Under the pieces are notes generated by a model. The model saw nothing but the letters and a program-made list of their open reading frames with translations, was not told where the DNA came from and made no database searches. DNA of 64,000 nucleotides from Patescibacteria group bacterium. Lineage in GTDB: Bacteria; Patescibacteriota; Microgenomatia; UBA12405. This document shows, piece by piece, positions 44,788-53,791 of the stretch; the first letter of the stretch is position 1; each line of letters opens with the position of its first letter. The position numbers and the translations under genes are program-made. Where the stretch lies: the NCBI GenBank assembly GCA_013387215.1, contig WARW01000002.1:3659-67658 (forward strand), read 5' to 3'.

Positions 44788-45296
44788 ACTGTTTCGATAT
44801 CTTTTATTTTTAATTCTTTGACATGAATATCAGCACGTTGGTGATCTTTCGCTAGCCAACCTAAGCTTAATAGTTCTATAGAACCGTCTTCTGGTTCATA
44901 ATCACTAAAGAAAACTTCTTCTTCTAATTCAGAAAAATCGCCAAATAATAATTTTTTGACTAGTTGATGATCGTTTTTGTTAACTAATTTATACTTTTTA
45001 TTTTGATAAACAATTGTTTTTTTCTCTCCAATATCCTGATCTTTAATATCTTTTATATGTCCGATTATGTGGTCACTATACATTAATGTTTTTTCTTTTA
45101 ATAAAACTAAAAGAAAAGATTTATCATCAAACAATATTTTTAGATATTCATCATTTCCCAGGTTTTTAGTGTGATATCGAGCCATACTCAATATTCGTTT
45201 GCTTTTACCATAAATTTTAAAAAATATTTTTTGATTTTTTATATCATCTAAAAAATTTTTAAAATTAAGGATGGCTGGCATAACTAATTTTATCAA
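44784..45296 (-). CDS. Hypothetical protein
   Basis: 170-aa ORF downstream of prfA; start uncertain. Confidence 0.6.
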   Translation of the reverse strand: MIKLVMPAILNFKNFLDDIKNQKIFFKIYGKSKRILSMARYHTKNLGNDEYLKILFDDKSFLLVLLKEKTLMYSDHIIGHIKDIKDQDIGEKKTIVYQNKKYKLVNKNDHQLVKKLLFGDFSELEEEVFFSDYEPEDGSIELLSLGWLAKDHQRADIHVKELKIKDIETV

Positions 45297-45305
45297 AAGA
45301 AAGGA

Positions 45306-46046
45306 TTATTTATTTAAACTTTCCTGCTTTTCTTTGTCTTTTTCGTCTAACACTGTTAATTCAAGGAATAGGTCATCAAGTTCTCCCTGCATCATTTTAT
45401 CGAGGTTGTTGAAAGATTTGTCGATGCGATGATCTTTGACTTGGTTTCGAGGGTAATTGTAGGTTCTGATTTTGTCTGCACGAGTTGATTGGCTGATATT
45501 AGACCGACCAGCAGAGATTTCACTCATTCTTTTTTCTTCTTCAATTTGCCAAAGCTTGTTTTTTAGTAAATTGATAGCAATTTCCCGGTTTTGCTGTTGA
45601 GAACGTTCAGTGCGGACATCAAACATTAATCCAGTTGGTTTATGAACTAAATGAACAGCTGTAGAAACTTTATTGACGTTTTGGCCACCATTACCGCCAG
45701 CCCGACTAGCAGTGATGACGACATCTTCCATTCTGAAATTAACTTCTTTGGAGTCAATTTGAGGGAGAATGGCAATGGACGCAGTTGATGTTTGAATACG
45801 ACCGCGTTTTTCGGTTATTGGAATTCTTTGGACACGATGAGTGCCAGCTTCATATTTAAGCTGGTTATAAGCATCATAACCGGAGATCTGGATAACTTCA
45901 TCGTCAATTTGACTGACTTTCCAGCCAACTTTGTTGGCATAACGAACATACATGTTTTGAAGATCCTGAGCCCATATTGTAGCTTCCTGGCCGCCTGGAC
46001 CTGGATGGAATTCCATAATAGCGATATTAGGATTTAGAGTAGGCAT
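45306..46046 (-). CDS. prfA: Peptide chain release factor 1, N-terminally shortened
   Basis: [12 protein letters not shown] (PxT), GGQNVNK, RTYNYP; follows rpmE. Confidence 0.9.
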   Translation of the reverse strand: MPTLNPNIAIMEFHPGPGGQEATIWAQDLQNMYVRYANKVGWKVSQIDDEVIQISGYDAYNQLKYEAGTHRVQRIPITEKRGRIQTSTASIAILPQIDSKEVNFRMEDVVITASRAGGNGGQNVNKVSTAVHLVHKPTGLMFDVRTERSQQQNREIAINLLKNKLWQIEEEKRMSEISAGRSNISQSTRADKIRTYNYPRNQVKDHRIDKSFNNLDKMMQGELDDLFLELTVLDEKDKEKQESLNK

Positions 46047-46122
46047 AATTTTATTTTATATATTTTTTAAACAAAAAACCGCCAAACATAATAATAATTA
46101 CTGTATAGCGGTTTTAGAATTG

Positions 46123-46371
46123 CTACTTTGAAGCTTTTACTTTAGCAGTTTTCTTAGCTGCATTGGCTTTACCAGCGGCCATTTTTTCATTGAATTTGTC
46201 GATTCTACCTTTAATGTCAACGAATTTTTGTTGACCAGTAAAGAATGGATGACACTTTGAACAAACGTCGACGTCAATTTTTTCTACAGTAGATCCAGTA
46301 GTAAAACTGTTGCCGCAGGCACAGGTAACTTTGCATTGATCAAAATATTGAGGATGAATTCCTTGTTTCAT
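46123..46371 (-). CDS. rpmE: 50S ribosomal protein L31
   Basis: [23 protein letters not shown]. Confidence 0.97.
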   Translation of the reverse strand: MKQGIHPQYFDQCKVTCACGNSFTTGSTVEKIDVDVCSKCHPFFTGQQKFVDIKGRIDKFNEKMAAGKANAAKKTAKVKASK

Positions 46372-46411
46372 AGGTAATTATTATATCAGATATAATGTAT
46401 TTTTAAAGTAT

Positions 46412-48139
46412 TTATAGTTCGAAATAGGATTTTTTAATACTAGTATTAGGATCAAGGCCCATTTCTTGAAAAATCGAGTCTAAATCTTTGTCTTTGGTTG
46501 ATCTTATTTCTACAAAATTGCCTAAAAATCGGGTTTCATTATTAACTTTGGTTGATACATTATCGATTGAAAAAACTGTACCTTTATAAGTATAAATGGC
46601 GCGACTTTTTTGGATCATTTTAGTTTCCCGGCCGTAAAAATTAATGAATGCATCTTTAGCACCCTCATCAATTTCAAATTCCAGTTTTGGTCTTTCCCGG
46701 AAAGTTGAGGTTTCATTTTTGGGACCTTTGTAAGTGAGAATATAAAATCCATTTTCTTGTCTGATTCTTAATATTTCATCAGTATCTTTGAGGTCTTTTC
46801 CAAATGGTGTGTAATAGGAGTCGGTTTGATTAATATGGCAAAGAAGTTCGGCTTTTCTTAGAACAGCGGGGGATAAGGTCTGCAGAAACTTTACCTGGTT
46901 TTCGTTAACATTGGATCTTTGGGCTTCAACGGATGGATTGTATTCGTTTTCAACAATAATATCGGCGTTGATAATATTTTTCTGAATGTGCTTTTCGTGC
47001 ATCGGTTCAACTACTTGGGCAAAGTATTTGACAATATCTGATGGTTTTTGGGAAGTTCTATCAATGTCTCTTAATAATCTTCTAATGATTCGGCCATGAG
47101 TTCCGATATCGACAAATATTTTGTAGTCAGATTGATCTTTTAAATTATTATTTAAGGCAAATAAACCTTCAATAATAATTAGGTTTTTAGGATCGATTGG
47201 CTCATAACCAGTTCTTTCACCTGTTTTGAAACTATAAATTGGTTTTTGAATAGTTTTGCCTTGTTTAAGTAGAGATAGGTGATCTTTGAGTAATTCGAGG
47301 TCAACTGCTTCTGGTTGGTCCCAATTAATAAGGTTGCCTTTTTTGGCTTCTTTTCCGATATAGGCGGCTCCACGATAGTAATCATCCATAGAAATTAATA
47401 AAGCGTTTTCACTAAATTTTTTGCTGATTTTGTGGGCAACTTGGCTGGTTTTTCCAGAGGCTGAACCGCCAGCGATAGCAATAATTGAGGTCTTATTAGG
47501 ATTTGAATCTAAGATTTCTTGAATTTCTTCAATTGACTTTTCAACACCTTCATCGAGAGTAAAACGTGGAGCTTCTCGAAAGTGTTCGGGAGAGGGAAGG
47601 CCATATAGCACCAAGGCTTGATTTTTGAATCTTTTATCAAGGGTAACTTCACGTCCAAACCAAGATGGAGCAATAAAGTTTTTCTTAAGTTCCGGAGTTT
47701 TAAATTCAACTTCAGTCATGACTAACCCTTCATGTTTTCCGTGGAAGATATCAAGTTCAATTAGATAGTTACCATCGGGAATTAAATATCGAGTTTTTTC
47801 GATAATTCCAGGAATAGTTCTTTGCTGCCACAATTCCTCAAATTCTTTTTCAGAAATTGGTTTTTCTTGTTCCAAACGATCTTCGCCGCTGCCTGCTTTT
47901 TTAGTGTAAAAATATTCAACAGAACCGTCGAGATGAACTTGTTTTCTGAGTCTTTCTTCTGATTTTCCGGGATCAATGGTTAAGTATCCTTGAGTGATTT
48001 GAAGAGTGTCACACTTAGATAAGTCATGGGGAACATCATTAAGGTCGATCAGATACTTCTTTTCGTCCTCATGGTGTACTTTCTCTTTGTTAATAATAAA
48101 CTCCTGAGACCCAGGTTGTAATGATTCTGCTTTATTCAT
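46412..48139 (-). CDS. CYTH - uridine-kinase-like - CYTH fusion protein
   Basis: N-terminal E.EKKY/QGYL/RLR/EVEF; central AGGSASGKT, MDDYY, EGLFAL, RRLLRD; C-terminal Q.D.YY/LRIR/TYKGP/LGNFVEI. Confidence 0.85.
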   Translation of the reverse strand: MNKAESLQPGSQEFIINKEKVHHEDEKKYLIDLNDVPHDLSKCDTLQITQGYLTIDPGKSEERLRKQVHLDGSVEYFYTKKAGSGEDRLEQEKPISEKEFEELWQQRTIPGIIEKTRYLIPDGNYLIELDIFHGKHEGLVMTEVEFKTPELKKNFIAPSWFGREVTLDKRFKNQALVLYGLPSPEHFREAPRFTLDEGVEKSIEEIQEILDSNPNKTSIIAIAGGSASGKTSQVAHKISKKFSENALLISMDDYYRGAAYIGKEAKKGNLINWDQPEAVDLELLKDHLSLLKQGKTIQKPIYSFKTGERTGYEPIDPKNLIIIEGLFALNNNLKDQSDYKIFVDIGTHGRIIRRLLRDIDRTSQKPSDIVKYFAQVVEPMHEKHIQKNIINADIIVENEYNPSVEAQRSNVNENQVKFLQTLSPAVLRKAELLCHINQTDSYYTPFGKDLKDTDEILRIRQENGFYILTYKGPKNETSTFRERPKLEFEIDEGAKDAFINFYGRETKMIQKSRAIYTYKGTVFSIDNVSTKVNNETRFLGNFVEIRSTKDKDLDSIFQEMGLDPNTSIKKSYFEL

Positions 48140-48170
48140 ACAAACGATTGGAATTTATAATCTGAGGCAA

Positions 48171-49439
48171 TTATATCTTTTTTATAGTTTGTACAAGTGT
48201 GTCAAAATCAATTAAGTTTTGTTCTGTGGTTGCTAAATTTTTCAACATTATTTTGTTGGCTTTAGCTTCATCTGTACCGATGATGGCAATAAATGGTATT
48301 CCCAAATTATCAGCATACTTTATTTGTTTACCTAATTTTTCTGCAGTCGGATAAATAACTGAAGGAATATTTTGATTGCGTAAATCGGTAACTAATTTTA
48401 AACTTTCTGCTTCGGTGTCAGTACCAAAGTTGGCGACTAAAACTTTGGTTTTTGTTTTGGCAAGATCAGGGAGAAGATTTAGCTCTTGGATAACATCAAC
48501 GAGACGATCAAAACCAAAAGCAGTACCAACGGCTGGAATATCTGGACCGCCTAAAACAGAAACTAAATTATCATAACGACCGCCGCCGGTGACGGAACCA
48601 ATTTTTGGTTCTTCGACGTAAGTTTCGAAAATTGTGCCAGTGTAATAATCAAGACCTCGGACCATGGTTGGATCAAAAACATAAACATTTTCCGGGACGC
48701 CAAACTCCTTAATTTTTTCAAAAACACTTTTTAAGTAGTCATCTGGTTGTGCTAGTTTGATACATTCGAAAATCTTATCAATTTGGGCGGCAGGGAGGTC
48801 TTTTGAAATGAGCTCATTTCTTACTCCATCTTCGCCAATCTTTTGGAACTTATCGAGAGATTGAAGTACAGAATTTCGGTTATTTTGGACACCTGACTGG
48901 TCTAAAATTTGATATAAAACAGAACGGCTGTTAATGCGAATAGAGTATTTTTTGAAGTTTAATCTATCTAGTACGTTATAGATAACAGCAACAATTTCAG
49001 CATCATTAATGGGGGAAAGCGGTCCAAAAATATCTATATCACACTGTAACACTTCGCGGTAGCGACCTTTTTGAGGTTTTTCAGCACGATAAACCGGTTG
49101 GATCTGATATCGCTTAAATGGAAGTTGAATTTCGTTTTGATAAATTGCTAAAACTTTGGAAGCAGGGACAGTTAAGTCGTAACGAAGACCAACCTTTCGG
49201 TCACCGTTATCTTCAAAAGCATAAACAAGTTTGTCGGCCTCTTCACCATACTTTCCCATAAGGGTAGAGGCATATTCTAAGCTCGGAGTTTCCAGTGGTA
49301 AAAAGCCGAAGTTTTCAAAAACATTAATTAAAATATTTTTGACATAATTTCGAACTAACATTGTCTCGGGTAAAAAATCCCGAAAGCCTTTTAAAGTTTG
49401 AGGTTTAATTTTTGATTGATTCATAGATGAGTTTAACAT
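48171..49439 (-). CDS. hisS: Histidine-tRNA ligase
   Basis: GFRDFLP, LRYDLT, RAEKPQKGRYRE, RGLDYYTG, GGGRYD. Start may be ATG 49424. Confidence 0.97.
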   Translation of the reverse strand: MLNSSMNQSKIKPQTLKGFRDFLPETMLVRNYVKNILINVFENFGFLPLETPSLEYASTLMGKYGEEADKLVYAFEDNGDRKVGLRYDLTVPASKVLAIYQNEIQLPFKRYQIQPVYRAEKPQKGRYREVLQCDIDIFGPLSPINDAEIVAVIYNVLDRLNFKKYSIRINSRSVLYQILDQSGVQNNRNSVLQSLDKFQKIGEDGVRNELISKDLPAAQIDKIFECIKLAQPDDYLKSVFEKIKEFGVPENVYVFDPTMVRGLDYYTGTIFETYVEEPKIGSVTGGGRYDNLVSVLGGPDIPAVGTAFGFDRLVDVIQELNLLPDLAKTKTKVLVANFGTDTEAESLKLVTDLRNQNIPSVIYPTAEKLGKQIKYADNLGIPFIAIIGTDEAKANKIMLKNLATTEQNLIDFDTLVQTIKKI

Positions 49440-49510
49440 TTAATAATTTATAAAGGACTTATCCGACTCGCTTGCGCTCGCTGGATTGTGTTTTTTTTAG
49501 CTAAAAACAC

Positions 49511-49534
49511 AAAAAAACCCGCCAGTTGGCGGGT
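49511..49534 (-). terminator. Attenuator terminator (3:4) upstream of hisS
   Basis: ACCCGCC-AACT-GGCGGGT followed by a T-run. Confidence 0.85.
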
Positions 49535-49558
49535 AACAGACACGTTAAAACCACCAAC

Positions 49559-49606
49559 TTAAAAGTTAGTGTGATGATGGTTTTGAAATAAACGCGTGAT
49601 TAACAT
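49559..49606 (-). CDS. His leader peptide MLITRLFQNHHHTNF
   Basis: Not in ORF track. Three consecutive His codons; 1:2, 2:3 and 3:4 helices present; promoter TTGACT-16-TAAAAT at 49641-49614. Confidence 0.85.
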   Translation of the reverse strand: MLITRLFQNHHHTNF

Positions 49607-49689
49607 TAGTTGTATTTTACTGGTAATTTAGGGAAAGTCAAATTAATTAGAATAATGTATAAATATTTTGTAAACTAAAGAAGAAAAAT

Positions 49690-50412
49690 ATGACTAATAT
49701 AAAACTAATATCGAATAGCTGCGAACTAGAAATTGATTTGAACGGAGGAAGAATAGTTAAATTAATAAAAGACGGCAAAGAGGTTTTGGGAACATTCAAT
49801 AGAATAGACGGAAAACAGGGGAATACGCACTTATGTGTGCCAAATTTTGCTAATGAAGGAGTGGAAAAGTATGGTTTACCATTTCATGGGCCGAGTAGAA
49901 ATAATGAATGGAAAATTTTAGAACAAACAGAAGATAGCGTGACGATTTTTTACGAATTGAAAAATATCGGCAATTATCCAGGTTATATTGGTTTGACTCA
50001 GAAGTTTGAGATAAACGAGAACTTTAGCCAAAAAATAACATTAATTAATTTAGGAGAAACAAGAACGCCAATTAATTTGGGAATTCATAATTATTTTAAA
50101 AGCGATAAAGGGTGGCAGGGAATAAAAATTAATGGGGTTGAGGTTAGTAAGACTGTTGAAATTAGCGATTATGTTGAATTAAAAGATATAAATAATATTG
50201 AAATTCCTGGTAAAGAAAATATAATTTGGAAAACAATCGGATTTAGATTTGCCAAACTTTGGACAGGATTTAGGGAAGAGGACGGCAAAAAGATATTCGA
50301 TAATAACTATGTGTGCATTGAGCCAGTTAGAGGGAAGGAAGGATTCTTGGAAACACCTGAAAGCGAGATCGAGAGAGGAAGTGTATTAATTTTTGAACAG
50401 CAATTATCTTAA
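49690..50412 (+). CDS. Aldose 1-epimerase / galactose mutarotase-like protein
   Basis: GGRI, P.HG..R...W, GIHNYF, VCIEP. Confidence 0.8.
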   Translation: MTNIKLISNSCELEIDLNGGRIVKLIKDGKEVLGTFNRIDGKQGNTHLCVPNFANEGVEKYGLPFHGPSRNNEWKILEQTEDSVTIFYELKNIGNYPGYIGLTQKFEINENFSQKITLINLGETRTPINLGIHNYFKSDKGWQGIKINGVEVSKTVEISDYVELKDINNIEIPGKENIIWKTIGFRFAKLWTGFREEDGKKIFDNNYVCIEPVRGKEGFLETPESEIERGSVLIFEQQLS

Positions 50413-50418
50413 GAATAA

Positions 50419-50496
50419 TGGGGTGGTATACCGGACTTGAACCGGCAACCTCAGCTTTCACAGAGCTGCGCTCTAACCAATTGAGCTAATACCACC
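50419..50496 (-). tRNA. tRNA-His(GTG)
   Basis: Encoded G-1, anticodon arm CAGCT-CTGTGAA-AGCTG, discriminator C, CCA. Confidence 0.95.
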
Positions 50497-50565
50497 ATGT
50501 TAAGGTCTTTGGGTATTATAAGGTAAAGAGCGGTTTTTATAAAGATTCAGAATAAACCTGAGAAT

Positions 50566-51324
50566 TTATTTCTTTTTTGCAGCAGAAGTAGAAGAGTTTG
50601 CTGGAGTTGGAGAAGAAGCTGGGCTAACAAGTGAAATGATTTTTGAAGCGTAAAAAGTTTTAGATAATTCAGCATCAGGTTTAATTATGACAATTATTTT
50701 TTGGCCAGAACTAAGATTTTTAATGTCTAAAGTTTTGTTATTTTTATCGATGTAAACGCTTTTTGAATCAGTTTTAACCTGATATTGGGTGTTTTTATTG
50801 TTATTAGGAATCAAAACAAAAACTGGTGAAGATTTAGAAATATCAACTATTTTTCCAACAACAACTTGATTAAGATTTTCGAGAGATTTAATGTCGACCA
50901 CAATAATTCTTTTAGCACCCATAACATTACTAGCGTCATAATAGCCTAAAACTAAAATATCTTGTCCAACGGTTATTTTTTCGAGTTTAGTTTTATTTTT
51001 CTTATTATCGATAAAAACAGTGTCATCAGCGACATTGATAACTTTATTATTGCCGTTGGAGTTGATGGTTATTTGCTTGCCATTAATTTTAGAGATAGTT
51101 CCCATTAGAGATTTAGGGGAATTGGTGTCAGGAGCAATTGGGTTGCTAATTTGCTTTAGTTTTTCTTTAACTTTTTCCTGGACTACTTGGCGGATTTTTT
51201 GAATTTCATCAAGACTTGGATTTGATGTTGAACCTGAGGAGGTAGCAACAGGAGTGGTTGTTTGGGCGAAAGCAATGCTTGTAGATAAAAAGAAAAGCGA
51301 CAATACCAAGAGAATTTTTTTCAT
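50566..51324 (-). CDS. Secreted protein with two OB-fold/DUF5666-like repeats
   Basis: Signal peptide MKKILLVL...AFA; repeated G.I..I...T.....L..GQ.I.V.G pattern. Confidence 0.65.
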   Translation of the reverse strand: MKKILLVLSLFFLSTSIAFAQTTTPVATSSGSTSNPSLDEIQKIRQVVQEKVKEKLKQISNPIAPDTNSPKSLMGTISKINGKQITINSNGNNKVINVADDTVFIDNKKNKTKLEKITVGQDILVLGYYDASNVMGAKRIIVVDIKSLENLNQVVVGKIVDISKSSPVFVLIPNNNKNTQYQVKTDSKSVYIDKNNKTLDIKNLSSGQKIIVIIKPDAELSKTFYASKIISLVSPASSPTPANSSTSAAKKK

Positions 51325-51328
51325 GTAT

Positions 51329-51796
51329 TTAGATTTTAGCGGTGGAATAAGTAATAGAAAGTTGTGATTCTGTCTGGTTGTCGCTGCTATCGATTGAAGT
51401 GATGTGAATTTGATTAATGCCGCTGTCCAGTTCAATGCTGGCAGTGAAGTCTCCGGAAGCATTAGAAATAGTATTGTAGGTTTTAGATAAGGTGGTAATA
51501 ACGATAACACTATTTGCTGGTGCCGATCCGGTAAGAGTTATTTTGGAGTTAGAAACAATAGCATTATCTTTAGGAGTGCTGACCGTTAAATTTGAGTCAG
51601 CAAAATTACCTACAGCAACAGTTGGGGTTGGTTGTTGATTGTTTTGAGTGTTATCAGTGCTAGAAACAACTGAAGTTGGAGTAGTGTTAATATTGGCAGA
51701 TGTACCTTTTGTTTTTTGAAAAGCGAAGAAACCGCCGGTAATACCGAAGCCTAGGAGAGCACCTAAAATTATTGCGAGAAACAATTCCTTGATCAT
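51329..51796 (-). CDS. Membrane-anchored Ig-like domain protein
   Basis: N-terminal TM, Thr-rich linker, V.TP.D...ITL.G...GDF...L..G.N.I.I. Confidence 0.7.
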   Translation of the reverse strand: MIKELFLAIILGALLGFGITGGFFAFQKTKGTSANINTTPTSVVSSTDNTQNNQQPTPTVAVGNFADSNLTVSTPKDNAIVSNSKITLTGSAPANSVIVITTLSKTYNTISNASGDFTASIELDSGINQIHITSIDSSDNQTESQLSITYSTAKI

Positions 51797-51853
51797 TGAT
51801 TTAATCTAAATGATACCACAAAATATTGAATTGTGATGGTAGAATTGAGACAT

Positions 51854-52432
51854 ATGGAGATCAAAATTCTGGGAAACCAATCAGCCTATTTTAAAGGCAA
51901 GAAAGAAAATATTTTAATTAATCCAACTGAGGATTTAATGAATTCTAGTAAGTATCCGTCACGCATTGTTATTTTTACTTCTGAAAAATTTGACGGTATG
52001 GGTTTGAAAAATGACGCTGTTTTGATTCGTGGTCCAGGCGAATATGAAGTGGGCGGAGTGGAAATTAATGGTTATAACGCAGGCAATGGCGATACTATGT
52101 ATATAGTAGGACAGGATGGTTTAACTTTGGGAATTTTGGGTGAGTTAAATGAACAATTGAGTGAAAAAAGAATTGATAAAGTGGCTGGAGTTGATGTGTT
52201 ATTAGCACCAGTAGTAATCAAAACTGAAAATAGCGCCAAAGTAGTTTTGGACTGGGCTAAAAAATGGGGAGTAAATTATTTAATTCCAACTGGTTGGGTT
52301 GAAGATGAACAGGCTTTAGGCAAATTTTTAGATGTAGCCGATCAAGAAGGCTTGGAAAAAGTCGATTCTTTGAAAGTCGATAGCAATGATTTACCCGACG
52401 GATTGGAAGTAAAGGTCTTAAAGAAGGTATAA
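51854..52432 (+). CDS. MBL-fold-like protein (metal motif degenerate)
   Basis: MEIK.LG, GPGEYEVGGV, DVLLAPV; lacks HxHxDH. Confidence 0.7.
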   Translation: MEIKILGNQSAYFKGKKENILINPTEDLMNSSKYPSRIVIFTSEKFDGMGLKNDAVLIRGPGEYEVGGVEINGYNAGNGDTMYIVGQDGLTLGILGELNEQLSEKRIDKVAGVDVLLAPVVIKTENSAKVVLDWAKKWGVNYLIPTGWVEDEQALGKFLDVADQEGLEKVDSLKVDSNDLPDGLEVKVLKKV

Positions 52433-52439
52433 TAAGGGT

Positions 52440-53750
52440 ATGAAGGATGTAATCAAATTACCACCCAGCTCAGAAGAAGCTGAATTGTGTGTATTGGGAG
52501 CAATCCTTATTGATAATGATGCGGTTTTGGGAGTTTCTGAATTCTTAAGACCCGAGCACTTCTATAATTCAAATTATTCCAAAATCTATGAGGCAATGAT
52601 GAGCCTTTATGAGGACAGATCGCCAATAGATATAGTGACAGTTTCGGAAAAATTAAAAACTTTTAAACTTTTGAAAAAAATTGGCGGCAAGGCATTTTTA
52701 GCCAGACTGGCCAACGAAGTGCCAACAGCTGCCAACGTGGAAAGTTACGGCCGAATTATTAAGGCGTTGTCAGCAAAAAGAGAATTAATTTCAGCCGCTT
52801 CAAGAATTACGGAAAAAGCTTTTGATGAGGGATTGCCATCAGAAGAACTTTTGGATATTGCCGAACAAGAGATTTTTTCATTATCACAAAAACATTTAAA
52901 ATCAGTACCTTCTTCAATAAAAGAAGTGCTAACCGCAAGTTTTGATAGGTTGGATGAATTGCAAAAATTAGGAAGTGGTTTGAGAGGTGTGCCAACTGGT
53001 TATAAAGGTTTAGATACGATTTTAGCGGGGATGCAGGATAGTAATTTATTGATTTTAGCGGCTCGTCCAGGTGTGGGTAAGACTGCTTTCTGTTTAAACG
53101 TAGCAAGACATGTGGCAGTCGAGGAAAAAAGACCAGTGTGTATATTTTCATTGGAAATGAGTAAAGAGGAATTAGTGGACAGACTTTTAGTTAGACAAGG
53201 TTTGATTGATGCCTGGAAATTAAAAACCGGACAACTTTCCGATAATGACTTTGCATCTTTATCCGAAGCTATGGGAATTCTTGCTGATGCACCTTTGTAT
53301 ATCGACGATACACCAGGATTGACGGTGACCGAATTAAGAACTAAGGCACGAAGATTACAGGTGGATAAAGATATAAAATTTATAATCGTGGATTATTTGC
53401 AGTTAATGCATGGATCAACAAGAGACAACCGGGTTCAGGAGGTGGCAGAAATTTCCCAAGGATTAAAGAATTTAGCCAGAGAACTAAGAATTCCTATTTT
53501 GGCTTTGGCACAGCTTTCAAGAGCAATGGAAGCCAGAGGTGGAAAACCAAGACTTTCTGATTTAAGAGAATCTGGAAGCATAGAACAGGATGCCGACGTA
53601 GTTATGTTTTTATATCGGGAAGATGAAGAAGTTAGAGAAATGGTGACATGCAGTATTGAAAAACACCGAAACGGCGGAGTGGGGAGTTTTAATCTCTACT
53701 TTAATGGTAAACAAGTCAGTTTCTTTGATGTAGAAAAGAAACAAGGCTAA
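52440..53750 (+). CDS. dnaB: Replicative DNA helicase
   Basis: AARPGVGKT, FSLEMS, VDYLQL, QLSR, DLRESGSIEQDAD. Confidence 0.97.
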   Translation: MKDVIKLPPSSEEAELCVLGAILIDNDAVLGVSEFLRPEHFYNSNYSKIYEAMMSLYEDRSPIDIVTVSEKLKTFKLLKKIGGKAFLARLANEVPTAANVESYGRIIKALSAKRELISAASRITEKAFDEGLPSEELLDIAEQEIFSLSQKHLKSVPSSIKEVLTASFDRLDELQKLGSGLRGVPTGYKGLDTILAGMQDSNLLILAARPGVGKTAFCLNVARHVAVEEKRPVCIFSLEMSKEELVDRLLVRQGLIDAWKLKTGQLSDNDFASLSEAMGILADAPLYIDDTPGLTVTELRTKARRLQVDKDIKFIIVDYLQLMHGSTRDNRVQEVAEISQGLKNLARELRIPILALAQLSRAMEARGGKPRLSDLRESGSIEQDADVVMFLYREDEEVREMVTCSIEKHRNGGVGSFNLYFNGKQVSFFDVEKKQG

Positions 53751-53791
53751 ATGAACTGGAAAAGCTTGCTTGGAGATGATTTAATGTATAA

